This document shows, piece after piece, positions 56,065 to 64,000 of a DNA stretch of 64,000 bases. This DNA is from Candidatus Thermofontivivens primus (GTDB taxonomy: Bacteria; Sysuimicrobiota; Sysuimicrobiia; Sysuimicrobiales; Thermofontiviventaceae). The stretch is from contig JAVKJW010000008.1 in NCBI GenBank assembly GCA_031458695.1, positions 2,967 through 66,966 of the forward strand, given 5' to 3'. The first letter of the stretch is position 1, and the number at the start of each line of letters is the position of its first letter. The translations under genes and the position numbers were made by a program. The notes below the pieces were generated by a model, which worked only from the letters and a program-made list of their open reading frames with translations, made no database searches and was not told the origin of the DNA.

Positions 56065-57180
56065 ATGGATATCTCCGTGCCCCGGGAGACGACCCGGGAG
56101 GAGACGAGAGTGCCCCTCTCCCCGGCCGCGGTACGGGCGCTGGTGCAGCGCGGGCACCGTGTATTCGTGGAGCGCCGTGCCGGGGAATTCGCAGGGTTTA
56201 CAGACGATGCCTACACTTCTGCCGGGGCCACTGTGGTCTACAGCGCAGAGGAAGCCTTTCGCCGTGGCGAGCTCGTGGTGAAGGTCCAGGCCCCGTCTCC
56301 TTCGGAGCTTGCCCACCTGGAGAAGGGCCAGATGGTCATGGCATTCTGGCACTTCCCCATCCTGCCGTCCGCTAGCCTCGAGCGAGTTCTTGCAGGGGAG
56401 ATTACCGCCATCGCCTACGAGCTGATGCAGTCCTCCAACGGTACCCTCCCGGTGTTGCGGGCGATGAGCCAGATTGGGGGGAGGCTCGCGATCCAGAGAG
56501 CCGCCATTCTCCTCGAGACGATCCAGGGAGGTGCTGGTGTCCTCCTCGGGGGGATCCCAGGGATTCCCCCCGCAGAGGTCGTGATCCTGGGAGGAGGCAC
56601 GGTGGCGCAGAATGCCGCCATGGCTGCGCTCGGTCTGGGGGCACATGTCACCATCATCGAGAAGGACTTAGAACGCCTCCAGTTGCTGGAACAACGGTTT
56701 CCAGCCGGGGTGACCACTATGGTCTCCAATGAGGAGACCATCCGCAAGGCCGTCACGTATGCCAACGTCCTCATTGGGGCGGTGCTCGTCCCAGGAGAGC
56801 GAACGCCCATCCTGGTCACGCGGGAGATGGTTCGGTCGATGCGTCCCAGGTCCGTGATCATAGACCTTTCCATTGACCAAGGAGGATGCGTGGAGACGAG
56901 CCGGCCCACGACCCTGAGGGATCCCGTGTATGTCGAGGAGGGAATCATCCACTGCTGCGTTCCGAACCTTCCCGCAGCCGTGAGCAGGACGGCCTCCCGG
57001 GCGCTCAGCAACGCCATCCATCCGATCATCGAGGAGCTTGCTGAAAAAGGCTTCTCTCAAGCGGTCCGTACCAATCCTCTCCTGGAGTCTGCGGTGTGCT
57101 CCTACCGTGGGCACCTCACCCATCCCACCGTCTCCCGCTCCCTTGGCCGAACTTGGACTCCCCTCACTTCCCTCCTCTGA
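56065..57180 (+). CDS. ald: alanine dehydrogenase family protein
   Basis: MDISVPRETTREETRVPLSPAAVRALVQRGHRVFVE plus the VILGGGTVAQNAAMAALGLGAHVTI Rossmann region. RBS GGAGGGTGAGAG. Confidence 0.8.
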   Translation: MDISVPRETTREETRVPLSPAAVRALVQRGHRVFVERRAGEFAGFTDDAYTSAGATVVYSAEEAFRRGELVVKVQAPSPSELAHLEKGQMVMAFWHFPILPSASLERVLAGEITAIAYELMQSSNGTLPVLRAMSQIGGRLAIQRAAILLETIQGGAGVLLGGIPGIPPAEVVILGGGTVAQNAAMAALGLGAHVTIIEKDLERLQLLEQRFPAGVTTMVSNEETIRKAVTYANVLIGAVLVPGERTPILVTREMVRSMRPRSVIIDLSIDQGGCVETSRPTTLRDPVYVEEGIIHCCVPNLPAAVSRTASRALSNAIHPIIEELAEKGFSQAVRTNPLLESAVCSYRGHLTHPTVSRSLGRTWTPLTSLL

Positions 57181-57184
57181 GGTG

Positions 57185-58492
57185 ATGCCGTTGGCTGGGA
57201 TCGATTGGGTGAACCTGTACAGGAGCAAGATCACGACTCCTGAGGACGCCGTGCGTCTCGTCCAGAGAGGCCACCGTGTGTATATCAGTGGGAACGCGGC
57301 AACGCCGCACATCCTCCTAGAAGCCCTCGCCCATAGGGCACCTGAGCTCGAGGGGGTAGAGGTCCTCCATGTCTTGATGCTCGGAGAGACCTCGCTCTCC
57401 CGCCCCGAGATCGCTGGGCACGTCCGGTTGAACGCCTTCTTCGTGGGGCCTGGGGACCGGGAGGCGGTGAACGAGGGGCGAGCGGATTACATTCCCATCT
57501 TCCTCCATGAGATCCCGAAGGTGCTGAGGGGTGAGCTGGCCCCCGATATCGTCTTGCTGCAAACCTCACCTCCCGATGAGCATGGCTTCTTGAGTCTGGG
57601 GACCGAGGTCCTGGCCAACCTCGCCGCCATCTCCCAGGCGAAATACGTTATCGTCCACGTTAACGAGCGCATGCCACGGACCCTTGGGAACTCGTTCATT
57701 CACCTCTCCCGTGTCTCCCGGATTGTGGAGATGCCTTGGGAGCTCCCAGAGCTCCGTCCCCGGCCGTTCACCGAGGTCGAGGAGCGCATTGGGAGGTACA
57801 TCGCAGAGCTCATTCCCGATGGCGCCACCTTACAGCTTGGAATCGGTGGGATCCCCGATGCCGTCCTCGCGGCATTGACCAACCATCGAGACCTTGGAAT
57901 CCACTCTGAGATGGTCTCCGATGGTGTCATGAACCTGGTGGAGGCAGGAGTCATTACAGGAGCGCGGAAAACCCTCCACCCCGGGAAGGTGGTTGCCACG
58001 TTCATCCTAGGGAGCCGGCGGCTCTATGACTTTGTGGACAATAACCCCCTATTTGAACTTCATCCCGTGGATTACACCAACGATCCCTTTGTGATCGCCC
58101 AGAATGCACGGATGGTCGCAGTGAACTCTGCCCTGGAGGTCGACCTCACGGGGCAGGTTTGCGCGGATTCTCTGGGGACATTTATTTACTCGGGGTTTGG
58201 TGGACAGCTGGATTTCATCCGCGGCGCAGCCCGCTCCCAGGGTGGGATCCCCATCATCGCCCTTCCTTCCACAGCCAAGGGAGGGACTGTTTCCCGCATT
58301 GTCCCGACGCTGACCCCGGGCGCAGGCGTTGTCACCACGAGGGCCGATGTACACTATGTGGTCACGGAGTACGGGGTTGCTCATCTCCACGGGAAAAGCC
58401 TCCGGCAGCGGGCTCAGGCGCTCATCGCCATCGCCCATCCTAAGTTCCGTCCTTGGCTAGAGGAGGAAGCCCGCAAGCGCCACCTCCTGTGA
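57185..58492 (+). CDS. acetyl-CoA hydrolase/transferase family protein (4-hydroxybutyrate/succinyl-CoA:acetate CoA-transferase-like)
   Basis: Two-domain CoA-transferase pattern (…GIHSEMVSDGVMNLVEAG…GGQLDFIRGA…). Confidence 0.8.
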   Translation: MPLAGIDWVNLYRSKITTPEDAVRLVQRGHRVYISGNAATPHILLEALAHRAPELEGVEVLHVLMLGETSLSRPEIAGHVRLNAFFVGPGDREAVNEGRADYIPIFLHEIPKVLRGELAPDIVLLQTSPPDEHGFLSLGTEVLANLAAISQAKYVIVHVNERMPRTLGNSFIHLSRVSRIVEMPWELPELRPRPFTEVEERIGRYIAELIPDGATLQLGIGGIPDAVLAALTNHRDLGIHSEMVSDGVMNLVEAGVITGARKTLHPGKVVATFILGSRRLYDFVDNNPLFELHPVDYTNDPFVIAQNARMVAVNSALEVDLTGQVCADSLGTFIYSGFGGQLDFIRGAARSQGGIPIIALPSTAKGGTVSRIVPTLTPGAGVVTTRADVHYVVTEYGVAHLHGKSLRQRAQALIAIAHPKFRPWLEEEARKRHLL

Positions 58493-58668
58493 GAATATCC
58501 ACCACACTCCCCTAGGTCCTCCATCGGGCTTGGGCCCGAGGAGGAAATTCCCCCGCGTACCCTATGGTTTGACTCCCCCAGAGACGTTAGACTGGGACAT
58601 GGAAGGACCTCTTTCCACGCTCCAGGGTTCCCTGCGGGTGATGGAAAGCAAAGAAAGGAGGATTCGAG

Positions 58669-59319
58669 ATGCTTGTCAAGGAGTGGATGACCACCGAGGT
58701 GATCACGGTAGATAGCAGGACACCGCTCTACGATGCATTGCGCCTCATGGAGAAGAAGCGTATCCGGCGTCTCCCGGTGGTGGACCGGGGGAAGCTCGTG
58801 GGGATCGTTACTTGGACAGATTTGATGCGCGCTCAGCCCTCTCCGGCCACCTCCCTTGCCGTGTGGGAAATTCCTTATCTTCTTTCCAAGGCCCAAGTCG
58901 CAGATGTGATGACACGGAACCCCATCACCATCTCCCCCGATATGCCTCTTGAGGAGGCTGCCCTCCTCATGCGGGAAAAGAAGATCGGCGGGCTCCCGGT
59001 GATGGAAGGGGAGCGCCTTGTGGGAATCATCACCGAGAGTGACATCTTCGACGCTTTGATCGACGTCCTAGGTCTTCGCACGCCTGGCGCGCGACTCGTC
59101 GTGACCTTGGAAACTCCCCAGGCCGTTTGCGGCGTCCTGAGTGCCATTGAATCCACGGGATCGGCAGTCCACAACTTGGCCCTCTACCACCAGGATGGTC
59201 AGGTCCGGCTCGTCCTGCGGGTGGAAAAGGCGAAGGCGAAGGAAGTCGAGCGCGTGTTGCACGACCAAGGATTCCGGATTGTGTACGCGAACCATGTAGA
59301 GGTACGCGCGGCAGGATAG
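58669..59319 (+). CDS. CBS-pair protein with C-terminal ACT-like domain (AcuB-like)
   Basis: Two CBS motifs (VITVDSRTPLYDALRLM.., VMTRNPITISPDMPLEEAALLMREKKIGGLPV) plus a C-terminal ~70-aa ACT-like region. RBS AAAGGAGG. Confidence 0.75.
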   Translation: MLVKEWMTTEVITVDSRTPLYDALRLMEKKRIRRLPVVDRGKLVGIVTWTDLMRAQPSPATSLAVWEIPYLLSKAQVADVMTRNPITISPDMPLEEAALLMREKKIGGLPVMEGERLVGIITESDIFDALIDVLGLRTPGARLVVTLETPQAVCGVLSAIESTGSAVHNLALYHQDGQVRLVLRVEKAKAKEVERVLHDQGFRIVYANHVEVRAAG

Positions 59320-59386
59320 AAAGAACCCCCTGCAAAATCCCCGTTGCAGCTCTCAGGCAACGGGGGAACGGGGAAGGTGGCGGGAC

Positions 59387-60583
59387 ATGGCGTCTGAGGT
59401 GACCTTCCCCTTTCTCTCCATCCGAGAAGGGACCATCAACATTGGAACGCGCGACGGCGCCCTCTACACATTCGACCGGGAGGGGCGTCTCTTCGCCGCC
59501 TACCGGGACGGACACCTCTACCGGAGGGGGTTGGATAACCGTCTCAAGGAGAAATGGTCGGAGGGAGGTCGGCGGTTCTACCGGGACGTGGAAGGGGAAG
59601 AAAAGGCGATCTTCCTGGAGGGCGTGATCAAAGTTGTGCAGGAAGTGGTATGGGCGCTGAAACGCGGGGATGCAGAGGTGCTTGCGCCCGCCAGGGCTGT
59701 CTCCCCAAGAGAAGTCGAGGAGGTATTGGAACGGATCCTGCGGCACGACGCGAAGACTTTGGAAGAGGAAAAGCAGGATTTCTTTGCTGTGTACAAGCCC
59801 GTGAGCATTCTTCCTCCCGACCAATACCTTGCCGTGGTCTTCCAGGCGACGGAGGGGTGCCACTGGAACCGTTGTACATTCTGCACCTTCTACCGGGACC
59901 GTCCTTTCCGGATCAAACCCCTTGAGGAGTTCCGCAGGCACGTCCGGGCTGTCCTGGAGTTCCTGGGAGAAGGCCTCTCCATGCGGCGTTCGATTTTTCT
60001 CGCCGATGCGAACGCCCTGGTCACTCCCCAGCCTCACCTGAGGGCGTTCATCCAGACGATTGAAGAGGTCCTGCCCGTACGCGAGATGGGCATCTACTCT
60101 TTCTTGGATATCTTTACCGGGCGGAGGAAACCTCCTGAGGAATTTGCCGAGCTCCGGGAGCTTGGATTGCGGCGTGTCTACATAGGGCTGGAAACCGGGG
60201 ACGATGAACTCCTCCGCTTCTTGAACAAGCCAGGGAGCGCGCGGGATGCCATTGAGGTGGTCAGGGCGCTCAAGGGAGCAGGGGTGCATGTTGGTGTGAT
60301 TGTCATGGTAGGGGTTGGAGGGGAGAAGTTTGCCCAAAGTCACGTAGATCGCACTGTCGAAGTCCTCCATGCTATGGAGCTCGGACCCGGTGATATTATC
60401 TACCTCTCCGAGTTCATCGAATTTCCAGGAAGCGCTTATGTGGAGAGAGCGCGTGCGGAAGGGATCCGGCCCCTGGACGAAGGAGCGATCAAGGCGCAGA
60501 GACGGACTCTCATCGAGAGACTCCGATTTCCTAGCGGCCGTCCCAAGATCGCCCGCTACTCCCTCCAGGAGTACATCTATTAA
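59387..60583 (+). CDS. radical-SAM-like protein with atypical CX4CX2C cluster motif and uncharacterised 150-aa N-domain
   Basis: ATEGCHWNRCTFCTFY, and downstream the LETGDDELLRF/GVIVMVGVGGE TIM-barrel-like region. Confidence 0.55.
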   Translation: MASEVTFPFLSIREGTINIGTRDGALYTFDREGRLFAAYRDGHLYRRGLDNRLKEKWSEGGRRFYRDVEGEEKAIFLEGVIKVVQEVVWALKRGDAEVLAPARAVSPREVEEVLERILRHDAKTLEEEKQDFFAVYKPVSILPPDQYLAVVFQATEGCHWNRCTFCTFYRDRPFRIKPLEEFRRHVRAVLEFLGEGLSMRRSIFLADANALVTPQPHLRAFIQTIEEVLPVREMGIYSFLDIFTGRRKPPEEFAELRELGLRRVYIGLETGDDELLRFLNKPGSARDAIEVVRALKGAGVHVGVIVMVGVGGEKFAQSHVDRTVEVLHAMELGPGDIIYLSEFIEFPGSAYVERARAEGIRPLDEGAIKAQRRTLIERLRFPSGRPKIARYSLQEYIY

Positions 60584-60660
60584 GGTAACCCTAGCAGGAT
60601 CTCGACAGGGGATTTTGCTGAGGACCCCGTTATCTCAAGAAAGGCCTCGCGCCAGCCCCC

Positions 60661-61743
60661 TCAGGTTCGTGGGTTTGGCGGAGGAGAGAGCCGCCCAGCC
60701 TGGTGTAGCAGGGCGAGGGTCTCTTCCAAAGGAAGCGCCTCCAGGAGGTGGCCGTCTCTTCCTACCAGGGTTGTCGCCCGGAAGAGGCTATTGAGAACCG
60801 CTTCCTCGGTGGCCTCCTCGGCTGCGCGGAAGAGATGGTTGAGGACCTCGGGGTCAACCTTCTCCATGGCACGTGTGGTCGTGAAAGCGATCACAAGGTC
60901 ACCACTGCGGTAGCCGCCTGTCCAACCAGTGCGGGCGAGGCCGATGGGACACCGCCGGGCCACCCGTTTCAAGGAGGTGGGATCAAGAAAGGCATCGGTG
61001 GCGAGGACGATGACCACGGAACCTCCTTGGACGATGGGAGGCTCTCTTTGGCTGAGGAGTCGGCCGACGGGAACGCCGGCGATGAGAAGGTCCTCCCTTC
61101 GCCCCATATTTGTCACCACCAAGACACCTACCCGGAACCCTCCTGCCTCCTCCGGGAGGAGGCGAGAGCTGGTCCCTACCCCTCCCTTGAAGCCGTAACA
61201 GGCAGTTCCGACACCTGCTCCGACGGTCCCCTCCTCGACGAGACCGCCTTTCGCGCCTTCGATGGCGGCGAAGACATGCTCCTCTCTCACGTGGCGGCCC
61301 TGGGCATCGTTGAGGTAGCCATCGTGGCACTCGGCGACTACTGGGTTGACGGTGGGTCCAGAGATGCCGATCTCCCGGTTCTCCCGGAGGACCCAGGAAA
61401 TGAGCCCATCGGCCACCCTGGGGACGTTCAAGGTGCTGGTGATCAGAATGGGTGTCTCCAGTTCCCCGAGTTCTTCGATCTGGATCAACCCTGTCGCTTT
61501 CGCGAATCCATTGAAGACGTGAACAGCAGCCGTCACAGGTTCTCGGTAGATATTCCCAGGGTGCGGAAGGATAGCGGTCACGCCGGTCCGGATGGGTCCT
61601 TTCCCCGGGATCAGAGGGCCTTCCCCTTCGAGGAGGGAAACGTGGCCAACACGCACTTCGCCGACGTCGGTGATGGCATTCAGCGGACCACACGGCAAGG
61701 AACCGATCTGAAGCCCCGTCTCTCGGACTCTAGGACGGTACAT
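60661..61743 (-). CDS. peptidase family S58 (DmpA / L-aminopeptidase D-Ala-esterase/amidase-like)
   Basis: GPLNAITDVGEVRVGH...GFKGGVGTSS are DmpA/P1-family motifs. Confidence 0.8.
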   Translation of the reverse strand: MYRPRVRETGLQIGSLPCGPLNAITDVGEVRVGHVSLLEGEGPLIPGKGPIRTGVTAILPHPGNIYREPVTAAVHVFNGFAKATGLIQIEELGELETPILITSTLNVPRVADGLISWVLRENREIGISGPTVNPVVAECHDGYLNDAQGRHVREEHVFAAIEGAKGGLVEEGTVGAGVGTACYGFKGGVGTSSRLLPEEAGGFRVGVLVVTNMGRREDLLIAGVPVGRLLSQREPPIVQGGSVVIVLATDAFLDPTSLKRVARRCPIGLARTGWTGGYRSGDLVIAFTTTRAMEKVDPEVLNHLFRAAEEATEEAVLNSLFRATTLVGRDGHLLEALPLEETLALLHQAGRLSPPPNPRT

Positions 61744-61870
61744 GCAAAGTTCCCCCTTCTGCGTGTGCAGGCAATCCTAGGATGTTCCGACACATCGGGA
61801 GCTAGCGTATCACGACATCTCAGGAACGGCAACTATCAGCTCTTCTGGACCCTATAGCGGGACGATCGTC

Positions 61871-62788
61871 TTACCGCCCTCGCAGCCGTGGATCGAGGAC
61901 GTCCCGGATTCCGTCCCCCAGGAGGTTGAAGCCCAGCACCACCAGAGAGATCGCCAGGCCAGGGAAGGTAGAAAGCCACCACTGCCCGGGGATGTAGTTG
62001 CGCCCCTCGGAGATCATCAGCCCCCACTCTGGTGTCGGTGGTTGCGCGCCGAAGCCGATAAACCCCAGGCCTGCCGCGGTGAGGATGATCCCGCCCATGT
62101 CGAGACTCACCTGGATGATGACGGGGCTCACGACGCCGGGAAGGATATGCCGCAGCAGGATGCGAGAGGTGCTGGCTCCCACTGCCTGGGCGGCCTCCAC
62201 GTAAACCTCCTCCCGGATGGCCATCGTGACGCTCCGTGCCAGACGAGCGTACGTGGGCCATCCGGCAAGGGCGATGGCGATGACTACGTTCTCAAGTGTA
62301 GGGCGGAGGGCAGCGGCGATGGCCATGGCAAGGACAAGCCTGGGGAATGCCATGAACATATCGGTGACGCGCATCAGCAGATCATCCACACGGCCGCGGA
62401 AGTACCCGGAGAAGATCCCTACTGGGAACCCAATGACCGTCGAGATCAACGCTGTCAGGATGGCGATGCGCAGGGAGATGCGCGCACCATACAGGACGCG
62501 GCTGAAGACATCGCGTCCCAGCTGGTCGGTACCAAAGAGATGGTGGCTGCTCGGGGGCGCCAGGCGATTGGCAATATCGGTGCGCAGGGGATCGTAGGGG
62601 GCGAGGAGGGGAGCCAGTGCGGCGACGCAGATGAGGAGGCCAATGATCGCGAGGCCAGCAAGGGAGAGCGGGTTGCGCAGCGTCCTCCAGGCGAGGCGCA
62701 GGGTCCGGACCCGCTCCTGCCGAAGACGTGCGGCCATCGCCGCCTCCATCCACACTGTGGCAGGGGTTTTTGCCTCCGCTGGTTCCAT
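61871..62788 (-). CDS. ABC transporter permease, DppC/OppC type
   Basis: FGTDQLGRDVFSRVLYGARISL. ATG 62788 (MEPAEAK). Confidence 0.85.
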   Translation of the reverse strand: MEPAEAKTPATVWMEAAMAARLRQERVRTLRLAWRTLRNPLSLAGLAIIGLLICVAALAPLLAPYDPLRTDIANRLAPPSSHHLFGTDQLGRDVFSRVLYGARISLRIAILTALISTVIGFPVGIFSGYFRGRVDDLLMRVTDMFMAFPRLVLAMAIAAALRPTLENVVIAIALAGWPTYARLARSVTMAIREEVYVEAAQAVGASTSRILLRHILPGVVSPVIIQVSLDMGGIILTAAGLGFIGFGAQPPTPEWGLMISEGRNYIPGQWWLSTFPGLAISLVVLGFNLLGDGIRDVLDPRLRGR

Positions 62789-62809
62789 CGGGATCGGTTC
62801 ACGCATAGC

Positions 62810-63817
62810 TTATTCGTACCGGATCTTTGGATTGAGGAACGCGTAGGCCAGGTCTACAGCTAAGTTGGCGAACGAGAAGATCAGGGCAATGAGGATCGTC
62901 ACCCCCATGATCGCAGCGAAGTCCTGGGAGAGAATGGCGCTTGTTGCGTATCGCCCGAGCCCTGGCCAGGCGAAGACCGTTTCAGTGAGGACGGCCCCTT
63001 CTAAGAGGCTCCCGTAGTAGATCCCAATCACGGTAATAATGGGTAACAGTGCATTCTTGAGGGCATGCCGTAGGATCACGATCCGCTCAGGCAGCCCTTT
63101 GGCACGTGCGGTCTTGATGTACTCCTGCCCGAGAACCTCCAGCATGCTGGCACGGGTGATGCGAGCGATTCCTACCATCGCATGGGAACCGAGGACGAAG
63201 GCGGGGAGTACCAGGTGCCGGAGCGCGTTGCGAAAGACCTCGAAGTCCCTGGCGATCAGGGCATCCACGGTGATGAGCCCGGTCACCCAGGGAGGCCGGA
63301 GGAGATAGACATCGATTTGCCCAGGTCCTGGTAGCCAGCCAAGGTTATAGTAAAAGATCAGGAGGGCGATCAACCCCAACCAGAATACAGGCATGGAGAG
63401 CCCTATGAGTGAGACGAACCGGACGAGGTGATCGAGCCAGCTTCCCCTGGAGATTGCCGAAAGAATACCCACTGCTAAGCCTGCGGCAACTCCCACAAGG
63501 ATCGAGGCGGTGGCCAACTCGACCGTAGCAGGGAAGAATTCCTTCAGGTCCTGGAGGACAGGGCGATGGGTGGCCAGCGACTGGCCGAAGTCCCCTTGCG
63601 CAAGCCGCCTGAGGTACAGGAGGAACTGCTCGGGGATTGGACGGTCAAGGCCCCAGCGGTGACGCAGTTCTTCGATGACGTCCTCAGGAGCTTGCGGCCC
63701 CAGGATCGCTGCCACAGGATCTCCCGGCACAATATGCGAGAGGAAGAAGGTGATTACGAGGACGCCGAAGATGGCAACGGCAGCTAGGAGAAGACGGCGG
63801 GCAACGTAGGCTCCCAT
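62810..63817 (-). CDS. ABC transporter permease, DppB/OppB type
   Basis: MGAYVARRLLLAAVAIFGVLVITFFLSHIVPGDPVAAILGP ... FLNPKIRYE. Confidence 0.85.
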   Translation of the reverse strand: MGAYVARRLLLAAVAIFGVLVITFFLSHIVPGDPVAAILGPQAPEDVIEELRHRWGLDRPIPEQFLLYLRRLAQGDFGQSLATHRPVLQDLKEFFPATVELATASILVGVAAGLAVGILSAISRGSWLDHLVRFVSLIGLSMPVFWLGLIALLIFYYNLGWLPGPGQIDVYLLRPPWVTGLITVDALIARDFEVFRNALRHLVLPAFVLGSHAMVGIARITRASMLEVLGQEYIKTARAKGLPERIVILRHALKNALLPIITVIGIYYGSLLEGAVLTETVFAWPGLGRYATSAILSQDFAAIMGVTILIALIFSFANLAVDLAYAFLNPKIRYE

Positions 63818-63854
63818 AAGGAGTCAGGGGGGCGAGTGTATCGCCCCCCTCGCG

Positions 63855-64000
63855 TTACTCCTTCCAGACCTCGAAGAGGTCGTAGGTCTCATACAGCGGC
63901 GATGGTTCCAGCCCTTTGACATTCGCACGCAAGGCGATCTGGCGGAGTGGGTATGCGAAGACGACGTAGGGACCCTCCTCAAGGGTGATCTTTTGGATCC
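63855..64000 (-). CDS. ABC transporter substrate-binding protein (family 5), 3-prime end only (gene continues beyond window)
   Basis: The reverse strand translates to ...EGPYVVFAYPLRQIALRANVKGLEPSPLYETYDLFEVWKE*, a typical SBP5 C-terminus, with the stop at 63855-63857. Confidence 0.55.
   Translation of the reverse strand, partial: IQKITLEEGPYVVFAYPLRQIALRANVKGLEPSPLYETYDLFEVWKE

Noticed and set aside
1-64000. Numerous long antisense or overlapping ORFs in the six-frame track (e.g. 1689-2357, 2505-3092, 6603-7616, 17345-18238, 19006-19701, 20312-20899, 22842-24134, 25766-26803, 27070-28674, 29721-30596, 33356-34339, 46883-48028)
   Set aside because: These are typical high-GC stop-codon-poor shadow frames opposite well-supported genes. 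None shows family motifs, an RBS or sensible boundaries.
1-64000. CRISPR arrays, tRNA/rRNA genes, IS elements or integrases
   Set aside because: No spaced direct-repeat arrays, no cloverleaf-compatible or rRNA-like stretches, and no transposase- or integrase-like ORFs were seen by eye. A tRNAscan/Infernal pass would still be needed to be certain.

Overview
This is a high-GC (about 60-65% by eye) bacterial chromosomal window, densely coding. GTG and TTG starts are frequent, GGAGG-type ribosome-binding sites are strong, and there is one Firmicutes/Gram-positive-type LexA (Cheo) box, so a thermophilic Gram-positive-like origin is plausible. I saw no rRNA, tRNA, CRISPR array or recognisable transposase.

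Gene content in order:
- 1-10.9 kb: a Dpp/Opp-type peptide ABC importer (substrate-binding protein partial at the 5-prime window edge), two M29/NicX-like aminopeptidase-family proteins, and a racemase-DUF917-DUF1177-like-AroM cassette.
- 10.9-14.3 kb: a truncated GntR/FadR-type regulator remnant with an upstream promoter and palindromic operator, a PrpB-like ICL/PEP-mutase protein, a lower-GC islet with a small membrane protein and a His-rich SHOCT protein, ogt, and an SDR.
- 14.2-30.3 kb: an orphan Sfp-type PPTase, then FdrA-DUF1116-cyclase on the plus strand, convergent with a long minus-strand operon amidase-coxLMS(XDH family)-DUF2877-BMP nucleoside-type ABC transporter. This looks like a purine/ureide-like catabolic island.
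- 30.9-32.3 kb: thiW-thiM.
- 32.3-35.4 kb (most notable): a LexA-box-controlled minus-strand operon encoding an ImuA/SulA-like RecA-fold protein, a 95-aa unknown protein and an exonuclease-motif-degenerate family-B DNA polymerase.
- 35.5-37.3 kb: a PqqD-like RRE fused to a MEMO1-like enzyme, and a secreted DUF411/CopG-like protein whose conserved CxCC motif has an in-frame TGA at the first Cys (candidate selenoprotein).
- 37.4-64.0 kb: feoAB, thiO, a Tat-exported Ttr/Psr-like molybdopterin oxidoreductase with FeS subunit and a membrane-anchored octaheme cytochrome c, an ArsA-like ATPase, an AidB-like ACAD, a POR-type 2-oxoacid oxidoreductase operon (GltD-like::PorD fusion, with alanine dehydrogenase and a CoA-transferase), a CBS/ACT protein plus an atypical radical-SAM-like protein, and a second Dpp-type permease pair with a DmpA peptidase.

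All family assignments come from reading the ORF translations and recalled motifs. No database search was run.
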